A DNA stretch of 64,000 bases from an uncultured Atopobiaceae bacterium. Its GTDB lineage: Bacteria; Actinomycetota; Coriobacteriia; Coriobacteriales; Atopobiaceae. Below, piece by piece: positions 30,781 through 38,875 of the stretch (positions within the stretch are counted from its first letter, which is position 1; each line of letters starts with the position of its first letter). Under the pieces are notes generated by a model. The model made no database searches and was not told the DNA's origin. It saw only the letters and a program-made list of their open reading frames with translations. Both the position numbers and the translations under genes were made by a program. The DNA is taken from positions 6,356 to 70,355 of the forward strand of contig CANQNP010000001.1 of assembly GCA_947625235.1 (NCBI GenBank), given 5' to 3'.

Positions 30781-32085
30781 CTACGAGTCGCCCATCACGT
30801 CGTCGACCGTATAGGCGAGGTCGTGCTTCGTGGGGATCCACTCCACCTTCTTGAAGAGCGCGATCACGCAGAGCGGCACGTAGGTGAACTCGAAGATCGG
30901 GAACGTGAAGAGGTTCGCGACGAGGCGCCAGCGCTTCTTGCAGTGGATGTGCGCGCGCTCGGTGATCTCGGTCACGAGGCCGAGGAAGAAGAACATGAAG
31001 TAGATCGAGGTGAAGAACGCGATGATCGAGCCGAGCGCCATCATCATCTCGGGCTCCGTGGCGAGGAACCCGTGGGAGAGGGAGCCGAGCGCGAGGTAGG
31101 CGCCGTTCACCACGAGGGAGACGAGCGTGAGGATCATGCCCGGCGCGATCGTCATGAGCATGTCGTAGGACGAGAAGAGCCCGCCCTTGATGCCCTTCAA
31201 GAGATCGCCGCCGTAGGAGAAGAACACCTGGTAGAAGCCCTTCGTCCAGCGCATGCGCTGGATCCACGAGGCCTTGAGCGTCACCGGCTGCTCGTCGAAG
31301 AACTCCGCGGGCGAGTAGCCGATGCGCACGTTGTTCGCCGCGCAGAAGGTGGAGAACTGGATGTCCTCCGTGAGGGTGTGGAAGTCCCAGCCGTCCATCG
31401 CGCGGATGATGCGCGAGGAGACCATCCAGCCCGAGCCCGAGATCGCGCAGCTCGTGCCGAGCGCCATGCGGGAGTTGTTGAGGAAGCGGGCCTCGCGCAA
31501 AAACCACGTCGTGTAGGCGGAGCTGATCCACGAGCTGTCGAAGTTCTTCGAGTTGCGATAGCTCGTGCCGGCAAGGTAGCCGAGGTCGTAGAGCTTGTTC
31601 ATCTCGGAGACGTAGGTCTTGGAGAGGAGGTTGTCCGCATCGAAGATGAGGAAGGCGTCGTAGTGGTCGTCGCCGTACTCGTCGAGGATGCGGTGGAAGC
31701 CCATGTCGAGCGCCCAGCTCTTCCCGCGCCGCGCGAGGTCGTTTCGCTCGTAGACCACGGCGCCCGCCGCGCGGGCGCACTTTGCCGTCTGGTCGGTGCA
31801 GGCGTCCGCGATCACGAACACGTCGATGAGCTCGGCGGGGTAGTCCTGCTCGGCGATCGAGCGGATGAGCTCGCCGATCACGAGCTCCTCGTTGTGCGCG
31901 GCGATCACGACCGCGAATCGATGGAGGCTCCTCGCCTCGGGAAGGCTCACCACGCCGCGCTTGAGGCCCACGAAGAGAAAGACGATCTGGTAGAAGAACG
32001 CCACCGTGAAGACGACGAAGAGCGCGAGGTTGAAGACCACGATCGGCGTGAGGCCGAGGGCGGTGAAGCGAAAGAGGCTAAACAC
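30781..32085 (-). CDS. Integral-membrane family-2 glycosyltransferase, processive synthase type (PgaC/IcaA/cellulose-synthase-like)
   Basis: C-terminal 434 aa of the fused ORF 30781..32820. It has an N-terminal TM pair, the GT2 core VVIAAHNEE, FDADN and the processivity motif QRMRW, followed by C-terminal TM helices. GTG 32085 has GGGGGAGG upstream and overlaps the rluD stop by 8 nt. Confidence 0.85.
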   Translation of the reverse strand: MFSLFRFTALGLTPIVVFNLALFVVFTVAFFYQIVFLFVGLKRGVVSLPEARSLHRFAVVIAAHNEELVIGELIRSIAEQDYPAELIDVFVIADACTDQTAKCARAAGAVVYERNDLARRGKSWALDMGFHRILDEYGDDHYDAFLIFDADNLLSKTYVSEMNKLYDLGYLAGTSYRNSKNFDSSWISSAYTTWFLREARFLNNSRMALGTSCAISGSGWMVSSRIIRAMDGWDFHTLTEDIQFSTFCAANNVRIGYSPAEFFDEQPVTLKASWIQRMRWTKGFYQVFFSYGGDLLKGIKGGLFSSYDMLMTIAPGMILTLVSLVVNGAYLALGSLSHGFLATEPEMMMALGSIIAFFTSIYFMFFFLGLVTEITERAHIHCKKRWRLVANLFTFPIFEFTYVPLCVIALFKKVEWIPTKHDLAYTVDDVMGDS

Positions 32086-33151
32086 GATCCACCTCCCCCG
32101 CGAGCCCGAGGTCCACGACCTCCCGGAGCGCGGTGGCATCGCCGAGGAGCGCCGGCACGAGGAGCGCCCCCCTCTGCGTCCGTCCGAGCGAGCGATCCTC
32201 GAGCTCGACGAGGACGTCGGCGAGATCCTCGGGAAGGGAATCGGCGAAGGAGAGGCGCTCTGCCGTCTCTGGGTTTTCGAACGAAAGGCGCCAGGAATGG
32301 AGGAACTGGCGCGCAAGGCCGAGGTTCTTGCGGGCATCGCCTTGGCCGTAGACGGGATCTCCCACGACGGGATGGTTGATGTGGGCCATGTGCACGCGAA
32401 TCTGGTGCGTGCGCCCGGTGTAGAGATGGCACTCGAGGAGGCTGTAGCCGTCGTCTCGCGCCCCGGCCTCGAAGCGCTCGAGCGTCGTGAAGGTGGTGAT
32501 GGCCTCGCGCGCCCGCTCGCCATCGGAGGCCACCATGCGCTGGCGATCCCGCCTCGAGCGCGCGATGCCGACGTCGATGAGCCCCGTCTCCGGGGCCACG
32601 TAGCCCTGCACGAGCACCGCGTAGCGCCGATCGAGCTCGCGCAGGCGAATGAGGTCCTGGAGGGCGCCCTGCGCCTCGTCCGTCCTCGCGCAGAGCATGA
32701 GCCCCGTCGTATCGCGATCGAGCCGGTGCACGATGCCGGGGCGCTCCTCGCCCTGGAGCATGCCCAGGTGCGCGGCGCCGTAGCGGGCGACGAGCGCGTT
32801 GGCGAGCGTATCGTCCTCATGGCCTGGCGAGGGATGGCACACGAGCCCCGCCTGCTTCGAGAGGACGACCACGCCGCCCTCCTCGTAGCGCACGTCGAGC
32901 GGGATGTCCGCGGGCGCGAGCGAGGATTGCCCCGCGCTCCCCTCGTCGTCGGGAAGCATCGCGAGCACGCGGTCGCCGAGGGCGAGCCGGCACGACTTGC
33001 CCACGCAGGCGGCTCCGTTGAGGAGCACCGATCCCGAGGCGACGAGCCTCTGCGCGGCGCTCCTCGAGAGGCCCTCGACCTCCCTCGAGAGCCAGACGTC
33101 GAGGCGCTCGCCGCTCCCCAGCTCGTCCACCATGAGCTCGCGCGTGGGCAT
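32078..33151 (-). CDS. rluD: RluA-family 23S rRNA pseudouridine synthase (RluD-like, with S4 domain)
   Basis: ORF 32078..33832. Start at ATG 33151 (MPTRELMVDELGSGERLDVWL). Catalytic HRLDRDTTG and GRTHQIRVH motifs. Confidence 0.9.
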   Translation of the reverse strand: MPTRELMVDELGSGERLDVWLSREVEGLSRSAAQRLVASGSVLLNGAACVGKSCRLALGDRVLAMLPDDEGSAGQSSLAPADIPLDVRYEEGGVVVLSKQAGLVCHPSPGHEDDTLANALVARYGAAHLGMLQGEERPGIVHRLDRDTTGLMLCARTDEAQGALQDLIRLRELDRRYAVLVQGYVAPETGLIDVGIARSRRDRQRMVASDGERAREAITTFTTLERFEAGARDDGYSLLECHLYTGRTHQIRVHMAHINHPVVGDPVYGQGDARKNLGLARQFLHSWRLSFENPETAERLSFADSLPEDLADVLVELEDRSLGRTQRGALLVPALLGDATALREVVDLGLAGEVDRV

Positions 33152-33153
33152 GC

Positions 33154-33669
33154 CTAGGCACCGTCCCCGTCCGCCTCGTCCGCGAGGGCCGCGCGCTTCC
33201 TGTCCCAGGCGATATAGCCGATGAAGCCGAGCACCACCCCCACGTCGATGCACACGTCGGCGACGTTGAAGATCGGGAAGTCCATGAAGGCCGTCGAGAA
33301 GAAGTCGACGACGCCCCCCGCGGCCACGCGGTCGATGAGGTTGCCCACCGCGCCCCCGGCGATCACCCCGGCAAAGACGCAGAGGGAGACGGGAAGGTCG
33401 CCCGTGCGCCAGATGGCGATGGCGAGCGCCACCACCACGACGATGGCGATCAGCGCGAAGAGCCACGAGAGCCCCTCGCCCATGGAGAACGCCGCGCCCG
33501 TGTTCACGGTGATCCTGAGGTCGAGCACGCCGGGGATGAAGGGCACCGCCTCCCCCGGCACGAGATACTCGCGCGCGAGCGCCTTCGTGGCCTGGTCGGC
33601 GATCACGCAGATCGCCGCCACGAGGCAAAAGATCGCCTCCCGCCTGGCCTTTGAGTGCGCGAGGGCCAT
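33154..33669 (-). CDS. lspA: Lipoprotein signal peptidase II
   Basis: 171-aa ORF with four TM segments, NTGAAFS and GNLIDR...VVDF motifs. Confidence 0.92.
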   Translation of the reverse strand: MALAHSKARREAIFCLVAAICVIADQATKALAREYLVPGEAVPFIPGVLDLRITVNTGAAFSMGEGLSWLFALIAIVVVVALAIAIWRTGDLPVSLCVFAGVIAGGAVGNLIDRVAAGGVVDFFSTAFMDFPIFNVADVCIDVGVVLGFIGYIAWDRKRAALADEADGDGA

Positions 33670-33672
33670 CGG

Positions 33673-36489
33673 CTAGGCGTCCCTCGCCGCGTCCACCACG
33701 CTCTGGCAGCGCGCGCAGAGATGGTGCTCGTCGGTCTCGCGCCACATCCAGCAGCGATCGCAGCGCTCGCCCCCGGCCGGCTCCACGACGACCTCGAGCT
33801 CGGGCGCCTCCTCGAAGGAGACCTCCGAGCACACGAGCACCTCGGAGACGTCGAGGCCCTCGAGCGCCCCCACGCGCTCGACCACGTCCTTCGGCGCGCG
33901 CACGAGCGCACGGGTGGCCTGCGTCGTCTTCTGCTCGACGACGCCCGCCTCGAGCGCCTCCTCGTAGGCCTTCGTGTAGGCCGTGCGGATGGCGAGGAGG
34001 TCCTGGTAGACGGTCGTGAGCTCGCCGCGGATCTCAGGCGGCACGATGCCCTCGTACCACGGGAGGAGCGCCGCGTACTCCACGCCCTCGCGCATCCCCT
34101 CGGGCAGGTGGCCGAGCACCTCGTCGGTGGTGAAGCAGAGCACCGGCTGGAGGTCGCGCACGAGCATCGAGAGGAGTTCCGCCCACGCGGTTTGCGCGCT
34201 CCTGCGTGCAAACGAGCGCGACCCCTCGCAGTACATGCGATCCTTCGTGGCGTTCAGATAGCCGTTCGAGAGCTCCGTGGTCACGAAGCGGTAGAGCGCG
34301 CGGTAGACCGCGTTGAAGCGGAACTGCGCGTAGGCGCGCGACACCTCCTCGTGCACCTCGGCCGCGCGGGCGAGCACGAGCTGGTCGTAGGGCAAGAGCT
34401 CCTCGAAGGCGAGGGCGTCGGTCGCGGGATCGAACTGGCCCTCGAGCTCGCCCAGGAGGAAGCGGTACGTGTTGCGGAAGCGACGGTAGGCGTCCGCCAC
34501 CTGCGCGAGGATCTCCTCGTCGCACGGCACGTCCTGCGAGCTGTCGACCGAGGCCACCCAGAGGCGGATGATGTCCGCGCCCATGGTGGCCATGACCTCG
34601 TTCGGATCGATCACGTTGCCGAGCGACTTCGACATCTTGCGGCCCTGGCCGTCGAGCGTGAATCCCTGCGTGAGCACCGCGCGGAAGGGCGGGCAATCCC
34701 ACGCGCCCATGGAGGTGAGGAGCGCCGCCTGGAACCAGCCGCGATGCTGGTCCGAGCCCTCGAGGTAGAGATCCGCCGGGAAGCGCAGCTCGGGCCGAGT
34801 CTTCAGGACGGCCGTGTGCGAGACGCCGCTATCCCACCACACGTCGAGGATGTCGCGATCGGGCGTGAGCTCGTGCGAGCCGCAATGCGGGCACACGCAC
34901 GCATCGCCGAGGTAGTCCTTGGGATCGTCGGTGAACCACGCATCCGAGCCCTTCTCCTTGAAGAGGGAGATCACCGCGTCGAGCGTCTCGGACGTCATCA
35001 CCTTCTCGCCGCAGGTGGCGCAGGTGTAGGAGGGCACCGGCACGCCCCACACGCGCTGGCGCGAGAGGCACCAGTCCGGCCTTCCCTCCACCATCGATCG
35101 AATGCGCTTGGCCGAGGCCTCGGGGTACCAGCGCACCTCGTCATCAATGGCGTCGAGGGCGCGCTCGCGCAGGCCGGTGTCGTCCATGGAGACGAACCAT
35201 TGGCTCGTGGCGCGGAAGATCACGGGGTTCTTGCAGCGCCAGCAGTGCGGGTAGGAGTGCGAGATCACGCGGGAGGCGATGAGCGTGCCGCGCTCGCGCA
35301 GCCACTCGATGATCATCGGATTCGCCTCGGTGACCTCGATCCCCGACCACGGGCCGCCGGATCCGAAGGAATCCCCCTCGAGGAAGTGGCCGTCGTCATC
35401 CACCGGGTTCACCACGGGAATGCCGTTTTCCACGCCCACGTAGAAGTCGTCCGCACCATGGCCGGGCGCGATGTGGACGAGGCCCGTGCCCTCGGTGGTG
35501 CCCACGTAATCCGCGACGATCACCTTGGCGCCGTCGTAGTCGGCGAAGATGGGGTGCGCGTAGGCGAGTCCTTGGAGCTCCTCGCCCGTGGCGCTCCAGG
35601 GCTTCCCCTCCACCTCCACGAGCTCATAGGGCCAGCCGGCGAGCTCCGCCGCGTCCTCGGCGAGCTCCGCGATGACGATCGCCGCGCGACCATCGTGCGC
35701 GAGGGCCACGTAGCGGCCATCCGGCTTCACGGCCACGGCGCCGTCCGCGGGAAGGGTCCACGGCGTCGTCGTCCAGATGGCGAGGTCGACGGGGCAACCT
35801 GTGCCCTCGAGCCCGGCGGGCACGCTCTTCAGCTCGAAGGCGACGTAGATGGATGGACCCTCCACGTCGGCGTACTCGATCTCCGCCTCGGAGAGCGCCG
35901 TATGGCAATGCGTGCACCAGTGGACGGGCTTGCGGCCGCGATAGATGAGCCCGCGCTCGAAGAAGCGCTTGAAGATCTCGATGTCGGCCGCGTCGTGGGC
36001 CTTCGAGAGCGTGAGGTAGGGATGCTCCCAGTCCCCGAGCACGCCGAGGCGCTTGAAGCCCTGGCGCTGGAGGTCGATGTTCTCCACCGCGAACTCGCGG
36101 CAGATGGCGCGGATCTCCTCCGCGGGGGTGGCGTTGAACTTCTCCGTGCCGAGGGTCTCCTCCACCTTGTGCTCGATCGGCTGGCCATGGCAATCCCAGC
36201 CCGGCACGTAGGTGACGGCACGCCCCTGCATGATCTCGTAGCGGTTGATGATGTCCTTCGTGATCTTGTTCATCGCGTGCCCGAGGTGGATCGGGCCGTT
36301 CGCGTAGGGAGGGCCGTCATGGAGCACGAAGGGCTCGGCGCCGCGCTCCTTCGCGCGCTCGAGCGCGCGCTCGTAGACACCGGCGTCCTCCCACGCGCGC
36401 AGGCGCTCAGGTTCGCGGGTGGCGAGTGACGCGCGCATGGGGAAACTCGTCTTGGGAAGGTTCATCGTCTGGCGATACTCGTTTGCCAC
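33673..36489 (-). CDS. ileS: Isoleucine--tRNA ligase
   Basis: ORF 33673..36507 with HLGHAMNK (HIGH) and KMSKSLGN motifs and C-terminal zinc-binding cysteines. Start moved to GTG 36489 (VANEYRQTMNLPKTSFPMRA, a conserved IleRS N-terminus), with AAGGAG 6 nt upstream. Confidence 0.95.
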   Translation of the reverse strand: MANEYRQTMNLPKTSFPMRASLATREPERLRAWEDAGVYERALERAKERGAEPFVLHDGPPYANGPIHLGHAMNKITKDIINRYEIMQGRAVTYVPGWDCHGQPIEHKVEETLGTEKFNATPAEEIRAICREFAVENIDLQRQGFKRLGVLGDWEHPYLTLSKAHDAADIEIFKRFFERGLIYRGRKPVHWCTHCHTALSEAEIEYADVEGPSIYVAFELKSVPAGLEGTGCPVDLAIWTTTPWTLPADGAVAVKPDGRYVALAHDGRAAIVIAELAEDAAELAGWPYELVEVEGKPWSATGEELQGLAYAHPIFADYDGAKVIVADYVGTTEGTGLVHIAPGHGADDFYVGVENGIPVVNPVDDDGHFLEGDSFGSGGPWSGIEVTEANPMIIEWLRERGTLIASRVISHSYPHCWRCKNPVIFRATSQWFVSMDDTGLRERALDAIDDEVRWYPEASAKRIRSMVEGRPDWCLSRQRVWGVPVPSYTCATCGEKVMTSETLDAVISLFKEKGSDAWFTDDPKDYLGDACVCPHCGSHELTPDRDILDVWWDSGVSHTAVLKTRPELRFPADLYLEGSDQHRGWFQAALLTSMGAWDCPPFRAVLTQGFTLDGQGRKMSKSLGNVIDPNEVMATMGADIIRLWVASVDSSQDVPCDEEILAQVADAYRRFRNTYRFLLGELEGQFDPATDALAFEELLPYDQLVLARAAEVHEEVSRAYAQFRFNAVYRALYRFVTTELSNGYLNATKDRMYCEGSRSFARRSAQTAWAELLSMLVRDLQPVLCFTTDEVLGHLPEGMREGVEYAALLPWYEGIVPPEIRGELTTVYQDLLAIRTAYTKAYEEALEAGVVEQKTTQATRALVRAPKDVVERVGALEGLDVSEVLVCSEVSFEEAPELEVVVEPAGGERCDRCWMWRETDEHHLCARCQSVVDAARDA

Positions 36490-36539
36490 GGAACGCTCCT
36501 TTTGCAAGGGATCAGGCCAAAGGCCAATGCTAACACGGC

Positions 36540-36563
36540 GAAGGCCCCGTCCCCGGGGCCTTC
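36540..36563 (-). terminator. Strong hairpin without a U-tract, between the hypothetical gene and ileS (terminator or leader element)
   Basis: GAAGGCCCCG-TCCC-CGGGGCCTTC is a perfect 10-bp stem, about 50 nt upstream of the ileS start and about 180 nt downstream of the stop at 36742. Confidence 0.4.
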
Positions 36564-36741
36564 ACCTCTTCACCGAGAGTGCTGAGTCGTGGAAGTTCGA
36601 GAACTCTCGGGCGTATGTGTCGATCGGAATGCGGCGCACGTGCGCGTCCACGTGCCCAGTGTCGCGGAACGCGCGCAAAGGATATGTGTTTTCCTCGTGG
36701 AGACTGGGGAGCGCGCGAAACGGCTCGGCGAGCGGGGGCGC

Positions 36742-38010
36742 CTAGCGGGGGATGTCGGCCGCGTTCTCGACGGCTTCCTCCTCCTCGGCGAGCGCCGCGA
36801 GGCGCGCACGCTCGGCGTTTCTCTTCTCGCGGGCGTCGCGCTTGCGCTCGCGCGCGTTCCTGCCGAAGCGGCTCTCGCCCGCCGGGAGCTTCTGGAGCTG
36901 CCCGGAGGCGCGGATGGCCTTGGCGCGCTTCACGCACCACGTGGTGCAGCCCATCTGCACCACGAAGTTCACCCACTCGACGGCATCGTTGCGGTTGTCG
37001 GAATTCGTGGCGAGGTGGAGCGCGAGCGCCATGCGGAGCACGTTCTCGGATTTGTAGAAGAAGCTCTCCACGAGCTCGTAGGCCTCCTGGCGCTTGCCGT
37101 CGCGCTCGAGCTCGAGGAGCTTCTCCAGCCTCTCGAGCGTCTCCATCGACGACGTCACCGAATCGTCGAGTTCGGCCGCGGGCACGCTCTTCATGTAGGC
37201 GATCTCAGCCTGGAGCGCCTGGAGGCGTCCGCGGTCGAACGCGCAGCTCGCGAGGAGCAGGTGGTGCAGGTACTGCGCCTTCGCGTCGCCGAGCATGCCG
37301 TAGTCGGCGATGTAGTCGTCGAAGAGCTTGATCGCGTCGTTCCAGCGACCCTGCCACCTCAGGCCTCGCGTGTAGTTCGCGATGGCGCCGAGCACGTCCT
37401 TCACGTTCTTCTCGCGAAGGTACGCGAGGTAGCGCATGCAGTAGGTCTCGGGATCGCGTCCGGCGTCGAGCATCACGGCGATCTTCGGATACACGCGCCT
37501 GCCGATGAACCACACCATCACGAAGACGATGATCGCGGCGAGGACCACGAAGGAGAGGATGTAGGAGAGCACGATGCCGAAGGTGGCGACGCCGCGGAAG
37601 TTGCCGATGATCACGCCGCCCACGGAGAGGATGAGCGCGATGAAGAACGCCACGCTCGTGCCCTGCACCTTCGCCACGTAGAAGGTCTGGATCCAGTCGT
37701 TTGCGTCGTAGTTCGGCACATCGCCCGTGTGCTGCGAGATGTAGCGATAGATCTCGTGCTTTTCGGCGCCGTTGCGCATGAACTGGTCGACGAAGGACGG
37801 GTTCTCCGTCTCGCTCGAGGGCTTGGGCACGACGCCCAGGCGCGCGGCCTCGTCCGCGTCGTCTTGGAAGGTGCGCGGCGTGGTCGCGGCGACGCCTTCC
37901 TCCTTGGAGAGCAGGGAGCCGTCCTCGAGTTCTTGCACGTCATCGACGTGGAGCTCGCGCTCGGGCATCTTCGGCATGCGCCGCGCGTGCTTCTTCTTGT
38001 TCTTAGCCAT
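36742..38010 (-). CDS. Hypothetical membrane protein (basic N-tail, two TM helices, helical-repeat C-terminal domain of about 250 aa)
   Basis: 422-aa ORF with strong GC3 bias. TM segments SVAFFIALILSVGGVIIGNF and FGIVLSYILSFVVLAAIIVFVMVWFIG. The C-terminal helical repeats end in a charged tail (RNARERKRDAREKRNAERARLAALAEEEE). I recognise no family. Confidence 0.7.
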   Translation of the reverse strand: MAKNKKKHARRMPKMPERELHVDDVQELEDGSLLSKEEGVAATTPRTFQDDADEAARLGVVPKPSSETENPSFVDQFMRNGAEKHEIYRYISQHTGDVPNYDANDWIQTFYVAKVQGTSVAFFIALILSVGGVIIGNFRGVATFGIVLSYILSFVVLAAIIVFVMVWFIGRRVYPKIAVMLDAGRDPETYCMRYLAYLREKNVKDVLGAIANYTRGLRWQGRWNDAIKLFDDYIADYGMLGDAKAQYLHHLLLASCAFDRGRLQALQAEIAYMKSVPAAELDDSVTSSMETLERLEKLLELERDGKRQEAYELVESFFYKSENVLRMALALHLATNSDNRNDAVEWVNFVVQMGCTTWCVKRAKAIRASGQLQKLPAGESRFGRNARERKRDAREKRNAERARLAALAEEEEAVENAADIPR

Positions 38011-38016
38011 GGTGTC

Positions 38017-38664
38017 CTATTCGAATGTGGGCTCGTGCGGCGAGGGCGGCGGCGCGTCGGGGCCGAACACCTCGGCGTAGATGTCGCCGTAGCGGCTGCG
38101 GTACTTCTCGCAGTCCTTCGCCCACGTCTCCTTCGTCTCCCTCAAGATGACCTCCATGCGCTCGTCGAGCGTGGCCTCGAGCTCGGTGCGCTCGGCGGGC
38201 ATGTCGCGCATCCTGCGCTCGTAGCCGCGGCGGAAGACCGAGAGCGGCATGCCGAAATGCGCGTTTGCGAGGTGCGCCGCGTAGAGGCGCGTCGCACGGT
38301 CGTAGTAGACGTCGAAGTACGGGAGCTGGGTGATGTCGGTGGAGCAGCCGAAGAAGTTCTCGCCTCGCTCCGAGAGCACGAACTTGTTGTAGTCGGCCGC
38401 CGGGCACACCTGCGCGATGTAGCCGGTGTTGTTCGCGCCCATGCGCTCGATGAGGGCCGTCTCGAGGGCCACCTCCCACATGCGATCGCCTTGGTCGGTG
38501 CGCACCTCCACCGAGGTGTCGAAGAGGCGATACGTGCGGCGATGCTTCGCGAGGTCCTCCTCGCTCGAGACGTCCTCGACCGCGTCGAAGTGGCGTCTCC
38601 TCTGCGGCGCCTCCTCGGCGGACGCCGCCTCCTCGGCCTTCTTGTCGTGCTTTCTGAAAGGCAT
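38017..38664 (-). CDS. Hypothetical soluble protein (215 aa)
   Basis: ORF 38017..38910. Start moved to ATG 38664 (MPFRKHDKKAEE) with GAAGGG 5-6 nt upstream. The longer version would overlap the divergent C45 gene and reads as junk. It lies 6 bp upstream of the membrane protein gene. I recognise no motif. Confidence 0.65.
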   Translation of the reverse strand: MPFRKHDKKAEEAASAEEAPQRRRHFDAVEDVSSEEDLAKHRRTYRLFDTSVEVRTDQGDRMWEVALETALIERMGANNTGYIAQVCPAADYNKFVLSERGENFFGCSTDITQLPYFDVYYDRATRLYAAHLANAHFGMPLSVFRRGYERRMRDMPAERTELEATLDERMEVILRETKETWAKDCEKYRSRYGDIYAEVFGPDAPPPSPHEPTFE

Positions 38665-38875
38665 GGGACACCCTTCGATAGAGCCGTAGCCGTCAAGGGG
38701 ATAGTGTCGCATGAAACGAGCCGTCGTGCGCCAAGCGCGAGGAAAGCCGTCGCCTCGCCCCGCATTTGGGCAGTTCTCGTGACGTTCGCCAAGATCTCGC
38801 CTCTCCCGCTCCCGCACGGGGAAAGAGCACAGAGGAAGAAGGGCGCGGGAGGTCAGACAGCGAAAGGGGACGACA

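Noticed and set aside
36490-36741. The expected T-box riboswitch upstream of ileS.
   Set aside because: By eye I could not find the conserved T-box 14-mer, the UGGN bulge or a specifier loop presenting AUC. I report the region as an unexplained structured leader rather than calling it a T-box.
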